DNA of 64,000 bases from assembly GCF_964204645.1 (NCBI RefSeq), contig NC_134029.1, positions 17,664,950-17,728,949 of the forward strand, written 5' to 3'. A program made the translations under genes and the position numbers. The notes below the pieces were generated by a model. It did not search any database, was not told the DNA's origin, and saw only the letters and a list, made by a program, of their open reading frames with translations. The stretch's first letter is position 1. Each line of letters opens with the position of its first letter. This stretch comes from Tubulanus polymorphus (lineage: Eukaryota; Animalia; Nemertea). Below, piece after piece: positions 42,001-53,500 of the stretch.

Positions 42001-45000
42001 TTTATTGCCCTCCAGGACTTTTTCCTTTTTAATAACAAAGGTTAGAATAAAACTGCATATACAGTTTTCTTTATTACATGTATTCAAGACAAAAAGAATT
42101 GATTTTTTATATTTTATGAGTATCTGTATTATCTTGTATTAATGAAAAGCAGTTTGGGATAATCATTCTGTAGCTGTTTTACTTAGTTTACTTTATGAAA
42201 GACACTGATTGAACAAAACTTAGCATTAAGATGGGACAATTGTAACTGTAGAACACCTTCATTTGTCAACCACTCGGCGCGGTTCGCCACCGCGCGGGAT
42301 TTACGCGAAACAGCAGAAACAAACATGGCCACCTTATGAATTTTCGATGTTAGAAATTGTGCATGAATTTCAATTATTTCAGCTGTTAGGACTTCAAGGC
42401 ACAATATAACTAGATGATGTGATATAGCTAAATTAATAAATGATAATGCCGCAGTGAAGCCAGTCACCAACTGTCCCGATTCAGTGTACAGCTGCCAAAA
42501 ACGTATGAATTCACGTAGTTACGTAACTATTTGCAGTAAAGTGCAGACAAAACATGAAGCCTTAATGGCTGTTTACAAAAACATAATGATATACAACTTA
42601 AGTTAAAATAATGGCCATTTCTAAAAATATATGAGTAATTTGTAGTGTCTGCTGTACATTTGGTTTATGAACTATCATGAGGGGTGGTAGGTAGTCGTTC
42701 AATTCAAGTCTTCAGAGCGGAACGTTTTGTTTTGGAACAATAATGAGGGGTGGTAGGTAGTCGTTCAATTCAAGTCATGATTTATCACATGTTACATCCG
42801 TGTTGTTGAAAATCCCGCGAGAATGGGGCAACATTAAACTGGTTATAAATGCCACATTTCATACACATCTTTTTGTACATGTACATAACTTATCACAATC
42901 CACACGTGTGTACTACACTCGCTGTATCAGCGTTCGCAGCTCTCAACCTACAAACAAAACGGTGTCAAACAGCCTACCGCCACCGGAACCCACCAACCCA
43001 GGCACCTTTCCTAATCAATTTCTGACAGGTTTTCGCAACATGTTTATCAACATACCGGGGGACCCAGTGGTTAAGATGGATTTCTGAAAATATGAAAAAT
43101 TTTGAAATATTGATATTTTGCCACGTATGTCATTTGATTCATAAATTTCAACTCATAAACTTTTGGAGGATTTAATTAAAGAAATAGTGGTAACGCCTTC
43201 AAATGATCGCACATGCGATCGGCCGTCCCGCTTGTGCTTGAAATGGAAAATTAGTATCTCGTACGATGATGAGTGATCGAAAATAAAACATGAAATCTTA
43301 ATCATTCGATTCTTTCAAAGAAATTCATTGGAAATATGTGGTTTGGAAATAAACTGAATTTTTTATTACCTCATTTCACGTTGCCTCAGTCTCCCTGGAC
43401 GTATTACACTAACTATGATCGTTGTGATCTGTGTGCTGGCCACAAATGCTCATAGATCACACTACACTACCCTTTAAACACCCAGCTACCCACAGCTTTG
43501 ATATAACCATCCTATTATCTAGTGTGTTTCTCCCTTGATATCAGGAGTATTTATTATAAAGGTAGGGTGTAGCAGAACTGTGATATAAGCTATCTACACA
43601 CTAATATGGGGGGACTCAGATGCATCAGCGTTATTCATCACAAAGGGAGTGAAGTTATAGGAATGGGTTCAATGATGCTATAACTTTGCCCTCACCCAAA
43701 ATGTATATTCCTTTGTATGAATTCAATGGGGAGCTGCAACACCAAGTTATCCCGCCAGATGGCTTAATGAACACCTCAGTCTTTCATTGTCAAAATTAGT
43801 TCATTATCAATGAACTTCAATTGAATTTTTGCCCCCGAATCCATACATCACATGAACCACCAAATATACTTCAAATTCATTTTTCTACTCCATTGATATG
43901 TATTATCAATATTAGCATAGCTATGATAAAAGTGATCTCTTTTAAGTTCATTCGGTTTTCATTGAAATATAGACAAAATTCAACATAGAGGACTGAGTTA
44001 CTACCTGGCAGATCCTTGCTTGCCACAGAAGGTTCCTCGAAATACCGATCTACCTACTTTCTTCATTTTTCCTTTTTTTGGCTTGATTGTTCCAAACATT
44101 TAATCATGAAAGAAACCAAGAAACCAGGTATCTTTTTTGAGCCTGATATGACAGTTTCAGTTGATCCATTATTAATTGAATCAGCAGTTAATTTGATATG
44201 AATTGGGCCTAGGACAGTGATTTTGTTGAGAATCCTATCATATTATAGGGTGACTACGATTCTGGAAAACACAGGGAACTTATTTCTCCCAGGGACAACA
44301 AGGGGAATTTGATAAAACTAGAACATGTTTATTTTTCCAGTGCGTTCATCCCACAAATTTGGTTTCATGGTCTCCTTTGCCTGTCATCAGGACTCAACAA
44401 CAACTTTAAAAGTTTTGTTTCATATGGTTAATTCTAAAATTCCTATAAAAATATATCAGCTGAATAGTACAATAACCACACTCAAACGTGGTGAATGGAT
44501 AATAAGATGAAAACCCACTATGTACAAATAAAAATAGTTCTAAAATCAAGAATTTATTTATTCCAAAAAATCTAAGATACACGACGTTTCGATCTCACCC
44601 TAGTGGGTTTTTATCTTATTAGCTGAATGTTGGAATATTTTCTGCGCTAGCTGGGTCCTTCAAGATAACAACTCTGGTCTTTCTTACTGCCGTTCATCAG
44701 AACACAGGGAAAGTTTTTCTTTTATCAGGAAAACACAGGGAATTTGAGAGTGGATAGATTGTAGTCACCCCATTATATCGCCTTACTACATAAAATCAGC
44801 CAACCATGATTTCCTTATTTTAGAATGATGGAGAGTGTGACTATGCGGAGCTCATAGAGAATGTATATGAAGACTATTTTTCTGTAAGTGAACTAAGGGA
44901 TAGACTGCAATTAACTGAAAAAGGAGTGAAATAACAAAATATGCTAATTATGATATTGTATTTACAATTTCCCCTTGTATTCCACCAGAGTCTTCCCCCT

Positions 45001-48000
45001 CCGCTACCTGATAGAAATTATTCAATGGCTAGTAATTCTGAATGTAGTCGACCTTCATCGAATCAAACGGTAAGAATAGGAATTTCTACTCCTCATACAA
45101 TATTTTATTCATGATTCTCTGCGCTTGAACGTGAAATATTAGTAGTTTGACATACGCCTATGTTTTATAACATTATAAATAACACATGATTCAATCAAAG
45201 GGCATTATGTTGCTTAGAGAATTTGACTTGCAACCACTTAAAAGAAACCTGTTTTGACCTACTCATGGGAAACCCACGCTCTAATTTTTTTGAAAAAGCG
45301 AAGGATGATTTGCCTGGCTTATTGTCAATGTTTATAGAATAGACTGTTTGAGCCAGTCTGAGGAAAAACGATCTTTCTCATTCAAACCTACTGGTGCAGG
45401 AGAACCAACCACATGTTTGAAGTTTTCTAGTTTAAGAGATATCGGCAAATGTATTTCAAGAATTTCAGTAAACAAGTTTTATGTATGACATGGATTTATG
45501 ATAACGAGTTTCACTGAAAAAAGTTTTTCAACATATATTTGTTTTCCCCGCTCCATTAAATTCTGTCATTCGACCTGTATAATATCAGTTTTTTGTGTTT
45601 CAGAAAAAAAGTGCTATAGTAGTTTAATACCCAGTACATGATTAAAACGACATGAATTAAATCATGTATAGATTGTTGTTCTGTTCGCTAGGTGAAAATT
45701 ACATTATAATAGCAATAAATTCAGAATTTTGAGATGGACCTGTTCATTAAACTATTAATACTAGCTTCGAAAAATGCGCTGGTGAAATTTCAAAGTTTTA
45801 TAAAGCACAAATCATGTCCGTAGCCAGGGGGTTTCACATGAACCTTTAGAATATTTCCAAGTGCCTTTTCCAAAGATTCACCGGTATGGTACTTCAGAAC
45901 CAGCAGATTTAAGAAAACGCAACGCTTCTAGTTGACAAGAAGTTGTTGGCTGTTTTGATAAAAAAAACGGTACGCAATATGCACTGATCAAGAATGACAC
46001 TAGATGCTATCAAAAGTTACCACAAACTTTCCTTTTTTCCCGTATTTCATCTCATCCAGGGGCAAGTTGAATTTCACTATGGTCATAGATATACACAATA
46101 CTGAACATACATTTTGTTTCTAATGGGTGGATTTATATCATATAATGGTTTTCTATATTTTATGATTCGGAAATTGAACATGGAGAACACAAATTGTCAT
46201 GAGTGTTTAATGTATTATTTGTGTAGAAGATGCCAGTTGCGCTCCGCTTCATTGGAATTGCTATAGTCCTTGTGAATAAAATTAAAGTAGATGAAAATTT
46301 TTTTTAAAAATCGCCAAAGTGCTGATAGATTCATGATGTGGCTGTCTTTCTGCGTCAAATGGACTTATTTTGAAGAATATCTAAGGAATTCTACACTTTT
46401 ACTTTTGATTATGAAAAAAGGGACAGAAATCCTTTCACATTTGCAAGAAACCAATGAAATTTCATGCTTTCGGTACGATTTCCAAGCGTTATTCAAAGAC
46501 AATAGAGGATGATAGAGTTAAGCCGGACGTAGGTCGACCTTGCGACGCGACATGATCGTCACATTGCGTCACAAGTGGGGGCGTAAGTCGGTTGCGATTG
46601 TCAGTGACTGTGTGCGACTAGTTGCTCCCAGTCGCAAGAGCGCCTCGATCGGTTGCGACAGTCGCGTCGCGTCGCAGAAAGTAGAACATGTGCGACTCAT
46701 TGCGACTGGCGTCGCTGGCAGTCGTAAGGTAGATCGTTGGTCGGTTGATCGTTGCGACGCGATCGTCGCAGGCGGTCGCAGTGAGTTGCGCCACAGTGAG
46801 TAACAAGACGTCGCAAAGCCGACCTACGCCCGGCTTTAAAGTGCTGATAGATTCTGTAAATATAAGATGTTTTTTACCAATCCCCGCTGAACTTGAGAAA
46901 ATCAAGATAATTTTGATGATTTACATTTATTTAACTGCGAACTTGAGACTTACTTGAGAGTTGGCCCGAGGATAGCTGTATTATATATACTCAAAAAATA
47001 TTTACTCAAAGACAGCAGATTCCGTTTTAGTATCATATCTTATGTGAATGAAAACTTCAGAACATTTCCAACAAGTTTCTTGCTGGTTGTGATGGTCTAT
47101 CTTGAAAAATAAAAAAAGTTATACACTGTTGAACATTTTTAAGTCACGTTTTTTCTAAAAAAATAAAACAATCACTCCAATTTGAAAAATAACGGACCAT
47201 TGTTGCTACCCTTCAAGGTCGGCAACAATAAAGAAGTTTCCAGTTTCTAGGCGCCATTTTGTGGCGGTCCCTCGAGGTCCCCATTGTTGCGATAATTTGC
47301 GCTCATTTTCAAAACATAAGTTTCGATTGAATATCACATAGTTCTGCAGTCCCTTGCTCGATTAACTTAATTTATACACCATTTTAAAGGAAATGAAATG
47401 CAGGTATTTGTTGGTAATTCTTGGATTTTTTGAACGCAACAATTGAGAACAGTAATGATATGAAACCAAGGACCGCATATCTTAACCGCGCGTAAATGAA
47501 ATCGCGATATTCATTAATTTTGAAATATCTAAGTATATCTTGAAGCTTTATTTCCAATTTTCACAGAGGTTAAAGGGGGTTATTTGCAGTTTAGGCCTGC
47601 TTTAAAATTTTTTGAATATCTTTCCTGAGGACTGATCTGTACCCGCTTGAGTTCGAGATTACGCGCAAAAGGGGTCTCCCACTGCGCACCGCCATTTCAC
47701 CGAACATTGAGATTTACGAAAATAAATTGCAAAAATAAGATTTTATACTGGTTTGATATCATTAATATTGCTTCTGATGGTTATATATTACCTTTATTTT
47801 CGTATGTTTAAAAATGGACTTTGAGTGCTTTGAGGAATTCGAGTTTTGTAGCGATATGAAATTGAAGGATTTCTTGTAAGAGTGGGGACGTTCTGCGTTG
47901 GTTGCATAGGTGGCCTAGTTGAGAACCTAATTTGCTTTTCAACAGAATGTTCCACTCATGGATGGACACTAGAACAAAATTTAAGTTTTTATATATTTTT

Positions 48001-50889
48001 GAATATGCGGCGCAGCTTTAAGTAGCCCAACTGGACGTTGAGCCCCTAAAACAGAATATCAAATGGGGGACAGGATCCCCTTTAAATATAATATTGATAT
48101 TTTATATCAGTCAGGTTATCTGGTCGATGTTTTCCAGCAAAAAGGTTGAGATTCATTAAATTCATCGTATGATCCCAGGATGAGGGATTACCGGAGAGAG
48201 ATATGTGTTGAAATATGTCCTAAGCGTTTAAATTGACTGGCACATTTCACCATGGACTCTAAAACGTTTTGGGCCCATGATTTCACCGAACGCAAAATCG
48301 GCGCTAGGCTGGACGGGCTGCATGGCGACAATTCCCCAACTGGGCCGTTCAAACTTCAAAGCGGGACAAACCGGATCCCGAAATCAGCTAAACTAATTGC
48401 CCCCGCCAAAATACAGTACAAACAAGATACGGATTATAATCTTAAAATATCCCCATGGAAAAAGTGAAGAAATCAAATTGCATTTAAATCTTTCTTTTCA
48501 CAAATCTCAATGTTCAGTGAAATGGCGGTGCGCAGTGGGAGACCCCTTTTGCGCTTAATCTCAAACTCAAGCGGGTACAGATCAGTTGTCAGGAAAGATA
48601 TTCAAAAAAATTCAACGCAGGCTTAAACTGCAAATAACCCTCAGCTGAAAGATGCCAAACTGGACTTTGACCCCCTAAAACAGAATATCAAATGGGGGAC
48701 AGATATGAACCCCTTTAAATATTATATTGGAATTTCATATCAGTAAGGTTTTCTGGTCGATGTTTTCCAGCAAGAAGGTTGAGATTCAGTAAATTCATCG
48801 TATGATCCCAGAATGAGGGATTACCAGAGAGCGATATGTGTTGAATATGTCCTAAGCGTTTAAATTGACTGGCACATTTCACCATCCACTCTAAAACGTT
48901 TGATTTCACCAAACACAAAATTGGCGCTAGGCTGGACATATCTTAACCGCGCGTAAAAGAAATCGTAATATTTATTAATTTTAAAATACCTAAGTATCTC
49001 TTAAAGCTATATTTCCTTTTTTCACAGAGGTTAAAGAGGGTTATTTGTAGTTTAAGCTTGCGTTGAATTTTTTTGAATATCTTTCCTGACGACTGATCTG
49101 TACCCGCTTGAGTTTGAGATTACGTGCAAAAGGGGTCTCCCACTGCGCACCGCCATTTCACTGAACATTGAGATTTATGAAAAGAAATCGCAAAAATAAA
49201 ATCTTATACTGGTTTGCAATTATTAATATTGCTTCTGATGGTTATATATTACCTTTATTTTTCGTATGCTGGAGAATGGACTTTGAGTGCTTCGATGAAT
49301 TCGAGTTTTGTAGCATTGGGAAATCAAAGGATTTCTTGTAAGAGTGGGGACTTTCTGTGTTGGTTGCAAATGTGGCCTAGTTGAGAACCTAATTTGCGTT
49401 TCAACCGAATATACCACTCATGGTTGGACACTAGAAAAAAAATCTACGTTTTTATATATTTTTGAATATGCGGCGCAGCTGAAAGATGCCAAACTGAACT
49501 TTGACCCCCTAAAACAGAATATCAAATGGGGGACAGATATGAACCCCTTTAAATATTATATTGGAATTTTATATCAGTAAGGTTTTCTGGTTGATGTTTT
49601 CCAGCAAGAAGGTTGAGATTCAGTAAATTCATCGTATGATCCCAGATTGAGGGATTACCAGAGAGCGATATGTGTTGAATATGTCCTAAGCGTTTAAATT
49701 GACTGGCACATTTCACCATCCACTCTAAAACGTTTGATTTCACCAAACACAAAATTGGCGCTAGGCTGGACGGGCTGTATACGACAATTCCTCAACTGGG
49801 CCGTTCAAACTTCAATAGCGGGACAAACCGGATCACGAAACCAGCCTAACGAATTGTCCCCGCCAAAATACGGTACAAACAAGATATGGATTATCATCTC
49901 AAAATATCTCCATGGAAAATGTGAAGAAATCAAATTGCATTTAAAAATTTCTTGTCGCAAATCTCGATGTTCAGTGAAATTGCAATGCGCAGTGGGAGAC
50001 CCCATTTGCGCGTAATCTCAAATCCAAGCGGGTACAGATCAGTTGCAGGAAAGATATTCAAAAGATTTTAACGCAGGCTTAAACTGCAAATAACCCTCTT
50101 TAACCTCTGTGAAAATAGGAAATATAGCTTCAAGAGATACTTAGATATTTCAAAATAAGTAGATATTGCGGTTTCTTTTATGCACGGTTAAGATATGCGG
50201 TCCTTGGTTTCACATCGTCACTGTTCCCAATTGTTGCGTTCCAAAATTCCAAGAATCGCCAGCAAATATCTGCATTTCATTTCCTTTAAAATGCTGTATA
50301 ACCTAAGTTCACCGAGCAGGGGACTGCAGAACTATATGAAATTCAATCTAAACTTATGTTTTAAAAATGAGCGCAAATCATCGCAACAATGGGGACCTCG
50401 AGGGACCGCCACAAAATGGCGCCTAGAAACTGGAAACTTCTTTATTGCAAATACATATCCATACTCAACAGTGGTGGAACCCAGGATTTCCAAAGTAGGG
50501 GTGGTCTGCTGGTCATCCCAGAAGATCTGGAAAAATTAAGTGCAAAATTTCATGCATTCTGAGCATTTTTAGGCACTGCTTGATCATCTCATATATTCAA
50601 AATGTACCCAGTACTTTGAAACGTATCATTGAAAATAAATAATACAAAGGAAACATTCCAAGAGGGGTCTCCTAGCACCCAAACCACCTACTGGATCCGT
50701 GCCTGCTCGAAAGAGTGATGACTGAGGTGATGTTAGGACTTAACTGAGTTTGATTTCATTTCTTATATCAGACTAATGACTTCTTATGTTCCATCTATAC
50801 TTTATTTTCAGAGTAATCAGCCGTCACAGATCGCGGGTCAGAAGAAGCGAATGTCCACAACAAGACATCAACTTCAGAAGAAGTTTTGA
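18099..50889 (+). CDS. Unconventional myosin, motor-IQ-Pro-rich-SH2 (class XXVIII-like; automated annotation would probably say myosin-III-like), 26 exons, ~1025 aa
   Basis: Exons: 18099-18206, 20721-20786, 20888-21015, 22674-22776, 23263-23365, 23769-23925, 24178-24283, 24370-24489, 25185-25293, 25552-25668, 26258-26445, 26968-27150, 27285-27396, 27579-27661, 28243-28293, 28399-28518, 28660-28745, 30543-30638, 36595-36686, 37976-38128, 38806-38930, 39837-40033, 40865-41120, 44824-44883, 44989-45069, 50812-50889. They total 3078 nt, open from ATG to TGA. Motifs: P-loop GESGAGKT, switch [10 protein letters not shown], switch [20 protein letters not shown] motif [15 protein letters not shown]2 [25 protein letters not shown]. 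The last three exons are less certain. Confidence 0.93.
19512..19693. mobile_element. Tc1/pogo (Tigger-like) MITE
   Basis: TA|CAGTGGAACCTGCTTAAT..ATTAAGCAGGTTTGACTG|TA. Confidence 0.75.
23366..23555. repeat. Perfect 95-bp tandem duplication starting at the myosin exon-5 splice donor
   Basis: GTGAGCATGGTGACTGC...CTACCTGTCT at 23366-23460 and 23461-23555. Confidence 0.92.
24888..25073. mobile_element. hAT-like MITE with 5-bp TSD
   Basis: Imperfect TIR CAGGTGCGTTGGAAG / CTTCCAACGCCACTG; TTAAT on both flanks (24883-24887, 25074-25078). Confidence 0.65.
25794..25998 (+). mobile_element. tRNA-derived SINE (degenerate)
   Basis: A-box-like TAGCTCAGTTAG, B-box GGTTCAAGTCC, 3' (CAAA)3 tail. No valid cloverleaf. 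Confidence 0.6.
29572..30303 (+). mobile_element. Helentron/HINE-like non-autonomous element, family B, full length with 4 x ~145-bp tandem monomers
   Basis: 5' TTTTAGCTCCGCTG..CAGCGGAGCTA inverted pair, GTCC/GTTC microsatellite, monomers starting 29682/29829/29974/30118, 3' subTIR CAGCGGAGCT plus hairpin, T-rich flanks. Confidence 0.85.
32963..34442 (-). CDS. Secreted LamG/concanavalin-A-like jelly-roll domain protein (~238 aa), nested antisense in myosin intron 18
   Basis: Exons: 34379-34442 ([21 protein letters not shown], signal-peptide-like), 33101-33691 ([69 protein letters not shown]) and 32963-33024. Both introns are phase-1 GT-AG. LVGHWxLDG, QWHF and LYIGG/GEISNV are LamG-like signatures. 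Seven N-x-S/T sequons. Confidence 0.75.
35923..36390. mobile_element. MITE-like element
   Basis: Inverted ends CCAGAAATTGCGTACCTC / GAGGTACGTAATTTTTGG with C-rich internal subrepeats. Confidence 0.5.
36710..37520. mobile_element. Non-autonomous Mutator/foldback-like element with 9-bp TSD
   Basis: Inverted arms built of 15-bp subrepeats (CCAAAATACCTCCGC-like) at 36710-36835 and 37417-37520. TSD GTATAGATA at 36701-36709 and 37521-37529. Confidence 0.85.
39091..39290. mobile_element. Harbinger-like MITE
   Basis: CTGCGTTCACACTA / TAGTGTGAACGCAG inverted ends. Confidence 0.55.
39837..41120 (+). CDS. SH2-domain exons of the myosin (exons 22-23)
   Basis: 39837-40033 spliced to 40865-41120 encodes [70 protein letters not shown]. 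The FLVRES-type phosphotyrosine-binding Arg is intact (FLIRVSES). Confidence 0.9.
41594..41722. mobile_element. Harbinger-like palindromic MITE
   Basis: TIR GGGGCCAGTTGCTCAAAAGTTGGT / ACCAACTTTTGAGCAACTGGCCCC. Confidence 0.8.
44246..44772. mobile_element. hAT-like MITE hosting the Penelope remnant
   Basis: Termini TAGGGTGACTAC / GTAGTCACCCCA and repeated subterminal AACACAGGGAA motifs. No clear TSD. Confidence 0.55.
44466..44620 (-). mobile_element. Second copy of the 63501 Penelope-like family, with 8-bp TSD
   Basis: Shares the tail (CACACTCAAACG..), ATAAGAT.AAAACCCACTA and ACACGACGTTTCGATCTCAC with 63501-63745. Short inverted end. TSD AGCTGAAT at 44458-44465 and 44621-44628. Confidence 0.75.
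46521..46835. mobile_element. PIF/Harbinger MITE with TTA TSD
   Basis: TTA|AGCCGGACGTAGGTCG..CGACCTACGCCCGGCT|TTA, with a GTCGC/GCGAC-rich interior. Decayed relatives near 27790-27990 and 38270-38400. Confidence 0.8.
47226..50447. mobile_element. 3.2-kb long-TIR (foldback-type) DNA element with internal duplication, in the last myosin intron
   Basis: ~500-bp TIRs beginning CAATAAAGAAGTTTCCAGTTTCTAGGCGCCATTTTGTGGCGG (47226-~47720 and ~49955-50447). Internal core repeated (47477-48640, 48641-48936, 48937-50100). CAA on both flanks. Confidence 0.88.
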
Positions 50890-52393
50890 ATTTTTAGCTG
50901 AAAAACTCATTAAGAAATCAGATAAGATTATTCAATACAGCATGTGAGAAATTCGTGTTGAAAGTTACCTCCAAAATGAAATTAAGTTCACCCTATGAGC
51001 TTAATGCTCCTTGTGTATTATATGTAATTTGTATTTACCAACAAGGTAATGTTTCATGGAATAGATATGTTTATTAGAAAAAATTCATGTTTACCCTGCA
51101 AGGGCTGGTACCGTTAGTGATTACTGATATTAAAACTTTGAGGTAACCACAAGGATTGTCATTATTGGAAATATTTATGTCAGTTCGCTTGTCAATACAG
51201 TATAGATATTCATTTTACATTTCTAGGCCAATTTTGTCTATAAAACCGGTAAAGTTGTTGTGAATATGTATGTATTGAAATATAATTTAAAAAGTAGCAA
51301 AATGAACTAAAATTTGAAGATAATAGCATATTGATATATAAAATAAATAGCTAATGGATCTAAAATTTGAGTGAGGCCTACTGTAGGTGGTATTTTTTTT
51401 CAGCTGGCACCATTTTATCGTAATTATTTTTGTAAATTGTTATTACAATTACTATAATGAGGTTAATTTGATTGCCCAATTATTGTAATCATAAAATATA
51501 TATAGAATTTGCATGATTTGATTTGTAATTTGCTTATGAAGTTAATAATTATTCTGGAGCTTTTTTATTAGAATATTTCGGTTGAATCAGATCAGTAGAC
51601 ATAAATAATATTACAGCCAATATAGTTTTCTGTGTACATGTATTTGTGAAATGTTAATCAGTGATACATATTAGCTTGAATTTTTTTTTAAGAAAAGATG
51701 AAAAGTTGATAAGTATTCGCAGTGAATCTTTACTCATGTCAGTCATTAACTGGATGAAAATTCTATTGGCGACATCATCTACGATATTTTGTTGTCGAGG
51801 TATTTAGACCTTTGAATTTGTTATTTGATGAAATCAATATACTGCCAAGAATTCGTTTACCTTTAAAAGACTTATGTCATTTGCCAGGTGCAGATCTAGG
51901 GGGTTGGGTGCTAGAGGCAGGCCCGTGCCGAGTGGGGGTTCGGGGGTAGTGAAAGAACCCCGAAAATGTCTGAAGTGCCCTTCAAAATCAGTGTCAAAAA
52001 TTAAGGTTAAGATTTTTGCGAAATTTTGATACTATTTTGATGTTTTTTTGGAAAATGAAAAACAACCCATTCTCAAATAATGTATTCGGGTATCTGGGCA
52101 CTTCATATTTTAGATCTGTCCTTTTTCAATGGGAAAATGGCCTTTTCAACGGTAAAAAAGCCCGTTTTCTTGAAACAGTATGTATGACATATGTATGACA
52201 ATCGGGCTAATTTTTCAAAATTTTCTGGGGAATGACCGTCAGGGCTACCTCACTTTGAAAATCCTGGATCCGTTCTTATCTGAATTTATTCTTGGCGAAA
52301 TGCTGGTCCGTTGATTTATGTTATTCAATAGTTTTCAATTAGATGATATTTGGATTGAACCGTTCATGTACCGGGTGTTGTCGAGACCTGCTT

Positions 52394-53172
52394 CCCAGCA
52401 GGCTATTGCGTTCACTTTTCGTCCGTCCGTCCGTCCGTCCGTCCGTCCGTAGACGGAATCCAGTTATTTTGGGAAGTTTTGAAGACGCTTCAGGGTAATG
52501 TCTTGATATTTGGTTTACACATTTATCTACCCTAGACACATCTTCAGCCAAAAACTGGCCCTGTCAGATTCAAGATGGCCGACTGGCAGCCATTAATGTT
52601 CGCCAAAATCAGCACTTTTTACACACGTTTTCGAGGGAAATTTTGAAGACACATATCAATTACCTTGATCGCTTGTATATATTTGTATCCGCCAAGGGCC
52701 CATCGGCATGAAAAATTGGGTCAAACGGACTCGAGATGACTGTCCTGTGACCTTTTTTGGTTTTTGTATATGGCCACCAGGGGGCGTTGAACAATGCAAT
52801 AACTTAGTATTTCTATATTATATTCGTATCTATGCATATTTCGTTACCACAACCAATTGGAAAGTTGTAGCTCATGACATGGTCTATGATTGTGGTGAGT
52901 TTTAAGGACATTAGTTATTCCATATGGTCACTAGGGGGCGTTGAATAGTCGAATAACTTAGTATTTCCATATCATATTGGTAACTAGGCATATTTTGTTA
53001 CCACAATCGATTACAAAATTGTAGCTGCTGACATGTTCTATGATTGTGGTGAGTTTCAAGGTCATTGGATTTTTCAAGGTCATTGGATGGGGCGTTGAAA
53101 ATTGAAATTGTTATATGATTGAGCATCTGAAACTACTTCCCAAGTGGGCATAGTGTCCCTGGACCCCTAGTT
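52394..53172 (+). mobile_element. HINE-like family A copy
   Basis: GGCTATTGCGTTCACTTTTC(GTCC)n start, ~2 monomers, end GTGTCCCTGGACCCCTAGTT. Confidence 0.85.
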
Positions 53173-53292
53173 ATATCACATATCTTAAATATAATATATT
53201 TAAGATATGTGACAATACCGCTAATAAGAAGCCAATAACTGTGTTATACAGCGTGCTCGGAAGTTTTTTTAAAGTTTTTTTTTTATTGTTTC

Positions 53293-53500
53293 GAGCCCAC
53301 TAGGTCGTAGCGGGCTATTGCGTTAACTTTTCATTCATTCGTCCAGTTATTTTCGTAAATTTTGGTATTTGATTTATACTATTTCTACCTTAGGCTACAA
53401 AAACTGGGTGACCATATTCAAGATGGCCGACAAGCGGCCATTTGCCATGAAATGTATAAGTAGTTCACCAAGTGGGCATGGTGTCCCTGACCCCCTGGTT
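53293..53500 (+). mobile_element. Short internally deleted HINE-like family A relative
   Basis: Both termini are present (AGCCCAC..GCGGGCTATTGCGTT and CAAGTGGGCATGGTGTCCCTGACCCCCTGGTT) without the array. Confidence 0.65.

Noticed and set aside
42677-42776. CRISPR-like repeat-spacer-repeat (34/32/34 bp)
   Set aside because: Only two repeats, no cas genes, and it lies in a spliceosomal intron of a eukaryote.
41790-43420. Possible large DNA transposon with a Cys-rich remnant
   Set aside because: Terminal repeats and reading frame could not be established.
48252-50539. Repeated short ORFs (e.g. [18 protein letters not shown]) in the foldback element
   Set aside because: They recur only because the DNA is duplicated; no transposase motifs recognised.
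911-50889. U12-type introns or intronic snoRNAs
   Set aside because: All donors are ordinary GT types without GTATCCT; no convincing C/D or H/ACA structure seen by eye, and an Infernal/snoscan run would be needed.
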